A stretch of DNA of 62,659 nt from Ylistrum balloti (lineage: Eukaryota). The translations under genes were made by a program, and so were the position numbers. This document shows, piece by piece, positions 11,667 through 23,704 of this stretch. The stretch lies in assembly GCF_031769215.1 (NCBI RefSeq), contig NW_026782009.1:1116001-1178659 (forward strand), read 5' to 3'. Within the stretch, counting starts at the first letter, position 1; each line of letters begins with the position of its first letter. The notes beneath the pieces were generated by a model, which saw only the letters and a program-made list of their open reading frames with translations, searched no databases and had not been told where the DNA came from.

Positions 11667-11780
11667 ATTATGGTTTAACGAGATTTGAATGACAGGTCGG
11701 AATCGGTATCTCTGATGTCTTCTGTTAAGAGGACACCAGAGAACCTAAGAATATGGTATGCTGTATTCCACTACATAATA
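11641..11780 (+). CDS. Candidate last or next PKS exon (ambiguous)
   Basis: Acceptor TTTTTTCTAG| at 11640 gives (A)SYFVPTY-stop at 11664-11666. A weak acceptor at 11682 gives (D)LNDRSESVSLMSSVKRTPENLRIWYAVFHYII in the same frame, ending at donor ATA|GTAAGT (11780). Confidence 0.35.
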
Positions 11781-12620
11781 GTAAGTCACTTTGCAAGTAG
11801 CTATGCAGAATCGTGGTTTCCTTCCGCGAATTCTGCCAAAGGAACAGAAATAAATCTGGTGTCGTCCAAAATGCTTCTTTTTACCCGTTCTTTATTTTCC
11901 CCTTTTGATTTGTTTTCATATGATCCTTGCAATCGTGAGAACGTTAAACCCCATAAAACCACAAACAAGGTTGGGGTTAAATATAAAAATGACATACACG
12001 TTCTGACCAAATAATGAGACAAACAAATTATCATTTTCATAATCCCCCCAGTCATGGAAATGTGGAACCTGGTTTAGTTCGCTCAAATAGTTCATTCTAA
12101 ACTACGGAAAGTATCTTATTTATATTCTTCCCTAGTAGGCCGCCCTTTGCTTCAAAAGGTTTCTATGCAACAGCTTTTATTAAAAACTCTGCTCCTTTCA
12201 CTCAAGAATACTTCAGACCAAATTGCATCTTAACTACAAATGAAAGACAATAAAGAAGTTTAGGCCATGGGGCAGAGACCAATTATCTATACATACATAG
12301 CTTTCATTTACACAAGCTTATTTTTGGGCCACATCTGAATTAAATATCTTCATTCCAACAGAGTCATATTAAAGGACATGGGAAGCTATTTTATACCTCG
12401 TATACTAGTTTTATACTTCAACCAATAAGATGCAACAGTAGCTGTGATTCACAAGACGCCGACCCTTACTTCGCTATTCGATAAACGAGTGTTCTGAGTA
12501 TGCATATTCTATTGAATAAAAAATGAGCCGATTAACTTCTTAAGTCAAAGATGACATCCTGTCGATCATCCAGTACAAAATATGCCACACACGTGCATAT
12601 GGGGTATAATTTGTGTTCGA

Positions 12621-12936
12621 AATCATGTCCTTTGCCTCTAAAGTGATTCATCTATTCCCGATATTGGGCCCCACATCTTTCACCCCAGAGGCCGAGATCA
12701 TGTCCTTTGCCTCTAAAGTGATTCATCTATTCTCGATACTGGGCCCCACATCTTTCGCCCCAGAGGCCGAGATCATGTCCTTTGCCTCTAAAGTGATTCA
12801 TCTATTCCCGATATTGGGCCCCACATCTTTCGCCCCAGAGGCCGAGATCGTGTCCTTTGCCTCTAAAGTGATTCATCTATTCCCGATATTGGGCCCCACA
12901 TCTTTTGCCCCAGAAGCCGAGATCGTGTACTTTGAC
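12621..12936 (+). repeat. 75-bp tandem repeat, ~4.2 copies
   Basis: Units start at 12621, 12696, 12771, 12846 and 12921 (GATCATGTCCTTTGCCTCTAAAGTGATTCATCTATTCCCGATATTGGGCCCCACATCTTT...), near-identical. Confidence 0.95.
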
Positions 12937-13909
12937 ATTCCTACCATTTTTTTTAAAAATAATCTTTTCAGATTCCTGGAGTCTTATCATACAAACATCG
13001 AAGAGACATCACAATTTCAAAACCAACGACTATTTTATGGTCCAAGTCTGGAGAGCAAAAATCCGGAAATTGATATCTCCCCGTCCACTGCCGTCATCTT
13101 GATGAGTTAGTGATGCAGAGGCCTGTATGAAGAGTTTGTTTACATGTTTCTTTAAATGGTAGATGTTTCGTAACCTAAAAATTAGCTGAAGCCCTGTATT
13201 GCGGTATCAGAGCTTCAAGAGCTACAAACGATACATTTGTATATTGTATTGATGCTTTGATGTTGTGCAATACATTACTTACATTTGATTGAATTATGGC
13301 ACGTGGACATAAAAGAGGGAATATTTACTTGACGTCTTGTCCAAAGTAAAGATAAGGGTACTGGCAAAGGCGAAGCCAGACTGGTATGGAAGGGTATATG
13401 TTTTATTTACCTTTACTTTTCAAAAGGTTCGAGGTCATGTTCCCAAGGAAAAAAATATTATCGCCTATGGTTTTGTGTACTCTGAAAAATGAATTAAAAT
13501 AAGTTTGATTTGTTTAAAATGGTTCTTTATTAAATCATTTTCCTGAATGTACGTGATTCAGATAAGACACTTTCTTGTGAACATTTTTATTAATCATTTA
13601 CTAGGTAAAATTGTATAGCATCTTTTGTTTATTATTAAAGCTGCAATTTTGATATTATTATAGCAAGCCAACCGGTTATAAGTATTTTCTCTATGTATAT
13701 ATATATCATATTTGTACTTAAAATGTCGTCATGGCTGTCTCTGGTATTCATTAAGATTTCAAAAAGCCACAAAATATAGATAGCATGGATTGGAATTTAA
13801 ATATCGTACGCTTCGGTAAATAAACCTTTCATAATTTCCCCGTGTGGTAAGCCTATTTTAGTTAAGATTACTTAGATAAGTTGTTGTATAGTCATGCAGA
13901 GGAAAGGCG

Positions 13910-15700
13910 ATATCATGTGAAGTCAAGAGCCAGCATTGACTTTCTATCGTTCCAAATGACTGAAATAGGCCAATATCAATATTTGTGTTTTATAAGAGCG
14001 GAAATCCGGATACCGAATGATGGAATAGTTTTTGGTTTGTTTTGAAACAAGAATTTATTTTTTGATTCAAATATGAGCGAAAAAGCACGATTTGAAGGAT
14101 TTGACTTTAGCTGAATGTTGTATTGCAAAGCCACGGCTATATAGTTAGCAAAGCGTTTCTATCAGCTCTCCAACCAGTGTGGGGCACCATATTTAGAATA
14201 TTCAGTGGCGTAAGGTTTTATGTGGCTTTAAGGTTTTTTATATGTGGAAGGAACGATGTTTTCCTCTCGAACATTACACATAATGCTGGACAACCGGAAT
14301 GAGTATATCACATGTAGATAGATTTGGATCGTCGTGTTGTTTCCGAATTTGACAAAAATGTATACAAGCTGTTTTTGATTGTGAAAAATGTTAATCCATT
14401 TTCATCTGCTTAAATTTGTAGTCGATTCAAACATTTTATTTGTCTTCCGATGGTATTCATATGCTTAGATCGATATCATATAATGGCGTCATCAACATAA
14501 AGATCGCCCTCCATTAAAGATAAGGTTTGACAATACTGGTACGTTTAAGTCCAAAAAGTGTAACCGAGAGAATGCTGCCTTGTGGTACACTCATTTCCTG
14601 CTGATGAACATCGGAAAGGGACGTTCCATTCCGGACTTGAAATTAGTGCATTTTATAGAATTTAAAACAAATTTGTGACCCTTACAGAAGACAACATGAT
14701 TCAATAGCAAACATTGCTCAATACTTTCGTGTTGTCAAATCATCTCATTTAGTCTAAATATACTCGGATCAGATGTGGTTTCGCTTTGGTCAATAACATT
14801 AAAATAGTGTCATTATGTAAAGACTTATCTAATTAATTTTATAACAATTTAACCGTGATGTATGTATTAATATCTAACTGTATATTATTGGGGTCCTGTA
14901 ACACCTGATTCAATGGTCGGGGTTGAGACATTTTTATAGGCATGACACAGTTCGCCACTCCTATCAAAATGTTGCCCTCATTTTGTAATGACCTAACCTT
15001 GTCATTGATTTACGTAATCTATCTGATAGAAAATTTGAAATAAAATTTGATATATTACCTCTTATACCTATATCTTGCAGATCTTTCATTATGCCGTATT
15101 TCCATGTTATGTCGTAAGTCTTTTCCAAATCAAAGAAAAAAACAACCAAGTGTTCCTTCTTTAGAAAAGCTTCACGCTCAAAGGTTTCAAGTCTAACTAA
15201 ATATCGTCGGTACCTCTCATTGATCTAAACGCTTTGTTGGTTGATATTAGGGTTTTACAAACACAGTTCGTGAGTGATATTTGGCGGTACCTGGAGGGAT
15301 CTGTCGTATCTTTATCCTGTTTGGGAATAGGAATCACAGTTGCCATTTATCAAGAAGTTTTTCTAATGATTACTCTGGCAGCCGATTTTGGAACTGATAG
15401 TGAATATTATCAGGTCCTGTTGCAGAGTCATGTGAATTGTTCAATGATTTTCGGAGACAGGTTGATCGTAAGCTTCGGAGAGAATTGCAACTTCGATTTT
15501 TTAGAATGATCTTAAATTTTTTTCATATTTTTTGGAACGCGTATTTGCAGACAAATTTTTTGAAAAAGCAGGTCCTAAATTACTTACAATATCAAATTTC
15601 TCGAGTAGACAGGTCAATGAAGTGCAATAAAAACTTAACGGTGAATGGTTCATCATATACTATGCAACAAGAATTCTTCGCCTGTCAACATATATGAATG
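13910..15700 (-). mobile_element. Decayed I/Nimb-type LINE RT fragment, split by ~370-bp insertion (14644-15015)
   Basis: Minus-strand remnants VFFDLEKTYDITWKYGI, GDLYVDD and HQGLR match the copies at 53-62 kb. The sequence either side of the insert rejoins as CTTGAAAT..TCTATCTGATAG, as at ~60600. Confidence 0.8.
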
Positions 15701-16899
15701 TGTAAGGTAAGTATTGTCCATCCGAAGACGGACAAGTACAACTATTATCATTATGTAAATACTTATCTAATTAATTTTATAACAATTTAACCGTGATGTA
15801 TGTATTAATATCTAACTGTATATTATTGGGGTCCTGTAACACCTGATTCAATTGTCAAAAAATGTTTGATAGAGTAACAAATGAAATAAAATGAAGCTTA
15901 AACAAAGTCATTGATTTACGTCCGATTGAAGGGTTATATAGGTTATATATTTAACGCAATCTCGGAACTAAAACGTTATTTATAGCATTTGTTTTTTATG
16001 TATTAAATTCAGTGATAGAAAAAAGTTGAAGTATTTTAAGAAGAGAAGGATCTTGTGAGGATGATCGTGTAGAATCTTTTTAATACTGACTCTATCAAAC
16101 GTTTAACTGAATGTTTGTTGAAAGAATTAAAAAGAGGTAACTCCAGCCAACTTCAATTGAAATTCAAATAGCTTATATTTCGGCAAGCAAACCTCGCACG
16201 TTGTTGTCAGATTGCGTTGTTGTCAGATCACCTAACTGAGTCAAGATATACTTAGTCAGTTGCTGTGTAGTGATTACAGTCATTAACATAAAATGAGGAT
16301 TGATTCATAAATACCTATTTCATTATTATCATTTGTTTGTCATTTCCTTTTTTCCTCTTTCTGCCTTAGGAGATCAATTAGATTTACCCTTTTATCTTAA
16401 ATAGCATAATGTTAATGTGTATTATATTGCGTTTCCAATAAAATGTAATTACTTACAGTAATATCCGAAGTTATAATAGGTATCTATTGTACAGATAGTT
16501 TTGTATTTATTTCCGAATTTTACAGGTACATGCATAATAACTACCCGTATGATAATATTGTGTAAATTAAAAAATATAGAGTGTATTATTTTTCATCAAA
16601 TAAAGAAAAAAAAAGAGTTTTCGTGAATAGAAAATTATTGTTTGTAAATTAATTTCAAGTCAAATAGAACAGCATCATACGTCAAAAGTGGTCTATGGAA
16701 AGATGAAATTGGTTAATATATCGATTTCTGTGCTGGCTGACATAAACAGTCATCAAATTGGCCTGACTGTCGATCGTTTGACCAGTCTTGATTAGGGAGC
16801 TATTAAATCAAACTATTTTAAAATGTTGCGCCTCTACATTCAAGCAAAGACATTACAGTTAAGTGATATAGCAAAGTTATATATTCATTTCTTTCTCTC

Positions 16900-17900
16900 T
16901 CTTAATTTCATCAAGTCATCTGCTTATGCATATTTATGCTGTTTTCTTAATTGCTTTTGAGGTTGTGTTTGAGGACTCCTAAAACATTTGCATTGGTAGG
17001 AATTATGTTAGCTCGTTCCATCTTAAGTTTATTTTGGATTATTTCTCGAAGTTATTGGTTATAATGGGATGTCATTAACCAGTCACTTTCACATTGTTCT
17101 TCTACGTCAAGGTTCTGATTTAATCTGTGCGTTTCATTTGTGTTTCGTGGTTTTGTCTATGGCTATGTCTTCTATTGTCGGTAAACTGTTTGATAAATTC
17201 AGAGAATTCATTGGAAAATATTAGAAATCAAACATGTTTCCGAAAGCCTTCTCATTTTTTGATATGTTTAAATAGAGGAAGAGACCAGTAATCCATGTAA
17301 TTGTGTGCCTCTACTACACTGTATAATTATTTGATTTTAATCGATAATGTGGAATTTTGTCAGAATTCATGCTTTTTGTTTTGCTTTGGTATTTTGGAGG
17401 AAGGTGGGAATGGGGTCTATGAATTTCTAGATTTGTGTTACCCGTGCTCAGGAGGTCGAACAGTGTATTATTACTCATGTGGTCATGGTGGATGTTGTAA
17501 TGACGTGCTCTATGTGATATTGGAATGTAGGTTTAAGAAAGCATTGGTCGGTGCCCCTTCATTATTTTTCAGTAATGTGATCAGGACCTTTTGCATTGAG
17601 TGGGTCGATAAGATTAAGTCGACCAAGTTTTAACGCTTATTTCTGGCATTAAGGTGATGATCCTTTGTCGACTATTGGCAGTCGTTAACTGATACAAAGT
17701 TTGTTTATATTTGTTAATTTGGCGAGTTGCAGAATTTCAGCTGTTTATGTGAAATATTTGATAAGATTTCACAATGAGTTGAAGTTTTGCACATTGATTT
17801 GTTTATCATAATTACAGGCTAGCCGGTAATAAGTATCTATATATTATTGGCCTTTAGTTGAGCATTCACTACCTGTGAGGAAGCCTTTGAATTCTGTCTC
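16900..17900 (-). mobile_element. Very old LINE RT remnant
   Basis: Minus-strand KGPDHI and a degraded NYRPI-like segment, with many stops. Confidence 0.3.
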
Positions 17901-18043
17901 GTGGCCTACATACATCAGAGGTATTAGTAGTTACTGACTTGTTACCAACGGTAATTAACCCAATAACTAATATTCTAAAACATGACTTGAATTTTGTAGA
18001 CGACTAATATATACATTGCCTTTTATCGAATTGGTGAATATAT

Positions 18044-18921
18044 TGTAACGAACGACGTCTCGCGACCAACTAGTGGCCGCACCGCGGACGTCACCTCTGT
18101 AGTTACAATAATAAAAGTGCCCAATGGGTTCGACTGCCGCTTTCGCTTGCAGATTTCACAAACAAATTATTTTGGCAATAATGACGGAAGAATTAAACAG
18201 ATTCAACAATTTATTATATATTTTACAAGAGTAAAGTTTTGAAAGACATTTAACCGGCTCAGTGAGTGTTTTAAATTAACCATAACAATGTACAGAAGCC
18301 ACCTGAAATAAACAAACTTTTACCTAAACTAACTACCAGGCAGGAACCAATGTCGTGGTTGTCGAAATTCTCTAGCTAAATTAACTCTCGGCCCACGGAA
18401 ACACCGTTCCTCGGAGCATTTCAATGATCATCTCCGCCACGTCGACTCCAAATTTACAAAGTCCAACTCAACACTACCGCCTTCTCCTACGTTCGTCTTG
18501 GCGAGGGGGGCACACAGAATTAGCCTCACCGAACGAGAGAAAACTACTCCCGAGAATACCAATTCTCGAATTATCCACTATTTAACAAAATTTCAACAGC
18601 TGTTTCAATCACGACACGAGGTTCCCGCCAAAACTTAAGTCTGCATAAATCGAAAAATACACCAAATTACACGGTCGGAAATCAAACCTATCGGGTTGTA
18701 GGTGGCAACTGATGTTTAGTAACCCATTTTATAACATTTTAGGGAAGAGATGGGCGCTGACAACACAAAAATCTAACAGATTCCCTGCCTGAATTTCAAT
18801 ACCGACCTATCTATCTTGGCCTCCAAAGGAAGAGGCTGTGACGTAAGTAGTTCCTCGCTTCCTCGGACAGGGTTGTACTAAATTCCGAAAAACGACACGA
18901 AGTGACCCACGCGTCGCTACA
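18044..18921 (-). mobile_element. Solo LTR (Gypsy-like), 878 bp
   Basis: TGTAACGA...TCGCTACA termini (7/8 inverted), flanked by 4-bp direct repeat ATAT (18040-18043 and 18922-18925). No ORF. Orientation inferred from a minus-strand AATAAA near the left end. Confidence 0.75.
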
Positions 18922-20062
18922 ATATCTATCTGCTAGATATAGTTGAATCGGATTTGAGTCTAGGTCATAAAAATTATTTTATACCGGGAGCTTGTAATCG
19001 ATCTACGCGAGATTTTGTTTATTCAGTGGTTATATGTCGTACGAATCTAGTAAACAATATTCAAATTCATTCGAAATTCAACACTTCATTTCAATGATCA
19101 ATGGAAATAACTCGCTGTAGACTGACCACAATATGCCGTCCGCAATTTTAACATCTGAATGTTTATCCCGGATGACTTTGGATATAAACGTCATAGAACA
19201 TAAGTTTGGAAACTGACGGGAAAATAATATTTTGACCTCGAAAAGTCAACAAATTTGACTTAATACTATTGGCAATATAAGTATGTAGGAAAGAAACACA
19301 TTGTATGGTCCCCAACTATGAAGCTTGAAAGGAAGGGCATGCAAATTTCCACAATTTTAAAATTAAAAAAAAATCTTCTGAAGTTGAATTTAATATTAAG
19401 TAACCAGTAAATAAAGAAACAAGATGCTAAGGACTTGCTGGTTATCTGACAATAAAATCATTCTTCACATAAATTATTTCTTTTCAAGTAGCCAAAATTG
19501 CAACGGAAAGCAAAATTTCAGCTAAATCCCACGGCTTCTGGGTCAAACAAAATTTTCAAGTTCAAGACTGCTCGTGCGTTCGGGAAGAGTAGTTTCAAAG
19601 AATTTAAAAGGATGATTGCCCATTCCAAATATGTTTCCGACTTATTTAGCTAAAATTCACAAGGACGTTACTGAGAAGTAGCTTTTTAAAGGAGAAGTTT
19701 GCATTCAATGCAAGGCGGACGATGACGAATGAAACACGATGGCTGCATTTCATTTTGACACTTATGGAAAAACAAGTAGACAATTGATTTATTTTTAAAC
19801 GATATAGGTAGTTGTCCCTCAATACTTCTACAAATTAAACACGAAAAATACGGCGCAGATTAACGAATTATCAAAGATAGAAATTTTTCCAAAATTATGC
19901 AATAAATATCCGTTTTTTAACCTTAAAATTTTTAACCGACTGGAATGATTCTAAAAATTGCACAGTTTAAGATGACAGTATATCGTCGCATTCATCGGAT
20001 GATTGGTATTTGAACTGTATCAAAATAAAGGAAAATACATTTTATGCAGTGCATATCGTATT

Positions 20063-20810
20063 AAACAAGAGGCTTAGTGGCATTGACGGTCACCTGAGAT
20101 AAGCAATGTTGAAAATAAAGGATAAAAGAATAATTATCAAGTGTCATGAAACAGAAATTGAGACACTGAATATAGTAGTTCAGTATCAAAACATGTATAC
20201 TATCAAAACAGTCATCCTATACCAAAACAGAAATGTGAGATTAATTTTGGTATTAAAAGCACCTTACGATGCTTCCATACATGAAGAACATTTGATTATA
20301 CAATATCTAGGTCTTGAGAAGAAGATTTTTTAAATTTAAGTCAATGTGACCCATTTTGAGTTCAGTCAGGATCAAAATGGGCATACCATCAGGCCGTCAC
20401 CCTTCACTTATAATTCTAACCAAATTTAAAATATTTTCAATTGAGATTAAACAAAAAGTGCTCAAAAATATAGTTTTTCTATTTCTATATAAACTATTGT
20501 AAACTTTACCCCCTCCCTACGGGGAAATGTGAGACACTAGGACCATGAAATTCACAATTTTGGTAAAGCACATTAAGGTGCTTCCATTCATAAAGTATTT
20601 GATTCTACAATATCTGGGTCTGAAGAAGATTTTAAAATCCGAGTGAATTTGGCCCCGTCCCTCATGCGCCTGGGGTTGAGGACTATAACTCACAAGGCCT
20701 GGGAAGGTTTCTGTAAAATTTCATTGAAATCGGATCAGTCGAAAGTATTAAATTGTTTACGGATGCACGACGCAGGATGAAGGGTATTCGAAAAGGTGAC
20801 CACGTGAGAA
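20063..20810 (+). mobile_element. Non-autonomous interspersed repeat (Helentron/'pearl'-like bivalve family, from recollection)
   Basis: Starts AAACAAGAGG...GGTCACCTGAG and ends near a GGATGCACGACG...GGTGAC motif. Similar-looking sequence at ~870-1130, 22308-22860, 35000-35850, 39320-39780 and 52290-52680. Family assignment not verified. Confidence 0.35.
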
Positions 20811-23704
20811 AGTCTAATGTTGACCTAATTAAATAAGGTCAGAATAACATCACTGCCGATATTAAGCAGACATTCAATGAATTAGCCACGATACCTGACG
20901 TCATTAAATAGAAAAAGTTTTATTTTGGGGATTTTGATAAATATATGTTCAATTATCTATGAAAATGAGCCATAATTGATGATAAGTTATAAATACCTGT
21001 CACAGTCAATTCATAGGTATTTTGAAAACAACGAAAGATATCATAATGGCAATCAATGTAATCAAGATAGATAACAGTTGTAAATCCGAACATTTTTTGC
21101 AGGCAGTGAATAAAAGTGTCCAGGTTGTCATGAGTGAATTGAACTCGCTTTTTTTTTGTTTTTTTTTTTGTTTTTTTGGTTTTTTTTTTAACAAATTGTA
21201 CACTCAAAATTGTTAATTAATGTGTGTACATTGTTGATTTCAAAAGAAGTGAGATTGATAGTGTACATAACAGTTTTACTTACATATATCAATATGTACA
21301 AGTATGTGGAATATATTCATGGAGCTGAATATGTTCATGGAGCGTCTGTGACATTTGTACTTGTCAGTTGTAAATAAAGAATGTATTACGGAAATTGGTT
21401 TAAGCATTATTTTTGCTTGAAAACACTGAACTGTAAAAATATGACAACTCATTGGTAATTCAATCTTACGACCCTTTGAATTACTTGCCCGCCCGGTAAA
21501 GTTTGCTGATATTGCTTTCTCAAAACTAAATGAATATTGATTATATGATTGGTATTTATTTCCACTATTTGGTCCCACTCCTCTGCGCAATGCAGATCAG
21601 ATGAACCAATTACACAAAGTTCAATGCTCTTTACCATAGTATACTTCAGATCAAAATTGATTTAAAATTCAAGCATACTAAAGAATGAGAAATATTTCAG
21701 AGTTTGTTGTATTTCCTCTGTTGTGACCCGCCCCACCCTTTATACAAAATTAATTACTCTTTAACCAAGAATACTTCAATACAATTCAATTTTTTTGTAA
21801 ATTAATAACAAGTTGTCTACGCTTTTGATGTCATGTGGTGATGTATGACTAAGTTGTCTATTCAGACAGATGTTTTTTGCTACTCTTTCTGAACAATTTC
21901 ACTTTTACATTCCTTCACACTGTACCTCATGTTGGTCCTTAGTTGAGTCTTTGGCCACGTAAAGAGTGCGGCTTTGGTCCTGTCTCCTGGTCGCGACAAA
22001 ATAGGTATTAGGAGTAGTTGTTGCTGTTGCTTAAAACAAAATGGCAGTGCCGGGTAGTGTTTGTCAGCATAATTCAGTGAGAAAGCACTATGAAGTCGAA
22101 ATCAGGTGCGAGCTATCACAAAAAGGAAAACACGAACATACCATAGATTATAGATAACAGAAGAGGATAAATTTGAACCTTACCATTACATTGGACATAT
22201 TTTCGTAGAATATTCGCACCTTTAAAACTGAGTTCATAAGTAAGACAAGTGAGTCAAGAAATTAATGTTATGTTAACAACTATTCTTTTAGTTAACGTGT
22301 TACATTGAAACTAGAGGTCAAATGTACTTTTAAGGCCACTTGAGATTTCAAGAAAAGAGGCAATGACTATGAGATAACTGTGACCTTGAAGCCTTGGTGA
22401 AATACTCATCTGTGGAAGAAAAAATGAACACTTGTTACCCGAACATTGGCACCAGTCACCTTTAAACTTAATGATACATATAGCATTTAAATGCATGTCA
22501 TTACAAGAAGCTGACCTAGTGACCAAGACCAAGAAAATCAGCAAAACATACTCGCATTAGTCCTCTCAATTCCCAAATGCATATGCGTATTCGAAAGAAT
22601 ATGCGTTTTTTGAGCAAATTTACACTTTATTTTTTTCCAAGATTTCCAAAAGAGAAGACGGTTTTTTCTTAAAAAAGGACCCTATTTTTCATGATATTCG
22701 ACCCATCCCAAATTCCCTGGAAAGGAGGACCACGATTGTCGCTATCAAGATGTCCCTTGAGGTATTGATGCTAGAGACTAAGTCTGGTTGGAAACCGCAA
22801 AACATTTCTTGACAAGAAGTCAAAAAAAGAGTTAAAATTTGTACAAAAGACTCGCAAGTGAATAATACATAACAAATACAGTAGAGTCAAACAATGAATC
22901 GAATTGCGTCTCACAGCTGTTTCGTCCTTCTAGGTCAGTGATGCTAATGTTTGAAGCCTAGGAAGCGACAAAAGAAAATCCAAAGTGTTCAACAGAAAAG
23001 TACAGATAAAGAAGGGGAAGTGCAGCAGCCCCATAATTGAATATTTTTTTTTATATACATCAGATACGTCAGGTACATGTGCATTTTCTGAATCGTTCAC
23101 ACGACGCTAGACGAAATATGATCGGAAGGGGTCAGCAACAACAAAGCTCGGGTGACCTAAAAATGTGTCCTTTTAAATCGTTATTCGTCCGTGGCATTCT
23201 TGTTATCGTTATTTTTTGAGACGCACGTGATGGTTTATTTTTGTATTAATGCGATCATGTTTGATAGCAATAGTTTGTAATCTTATTTCTTTGGAAGTGT
23301 TCAATGGATCATTCGTAAAAACTACGATTTGTCCCTATTTATGTATATTTTGAACAGATTGGAAAACAAGAGGTTGATGGGTCGAGTTATAAATTATCAA
23401 CGTTATTTCTGTGCTGGATGATATTTCGTTACTTTCATATGATGGTTCCCTTTTTGTGCCTCGTGCCATTTGATTGTAACACTGATTACAAGAAACAAAA
23501 TAGGATTTTGACAGAAAATTGATTATCGCTATTTCTATGGTAGCATAGGGTTGATCATTCTCAAATTTCATACGTTTGTATACAAATTACCCTGGCCTCC
23601 ATTCGTGTTGTTTTCATCATAAATAAAAATGGTTTAGAACTGACAGTCTTGGATTTTGGCACAAGATGGTTATCGCTCTGATTTCATATATAGACTAGTC
23701 ATTC

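Noticed and set aside
12621-12936. CRISPR-like array
   Set aside because: Units are contiguous with no unique spacers, there are no cas genes, and the context is eukaryotic.
16526-16630. Acceptor TTTTACAG as a further PKS exon
   Set aside because: Phase 0 stops after VHA; phase 1 runs into low-complexity A-rich sequence. No supporting features.
18127-18135. tRNA B-box-like GGTTCGACT
   Set aside because: No cloverleaf or A box; it lies inside the solo LTR.
20953-21216. Lys- or Phe-rich ORFs
   Set aside because: Artefacts of a poly-T tract at ~21148-21190.
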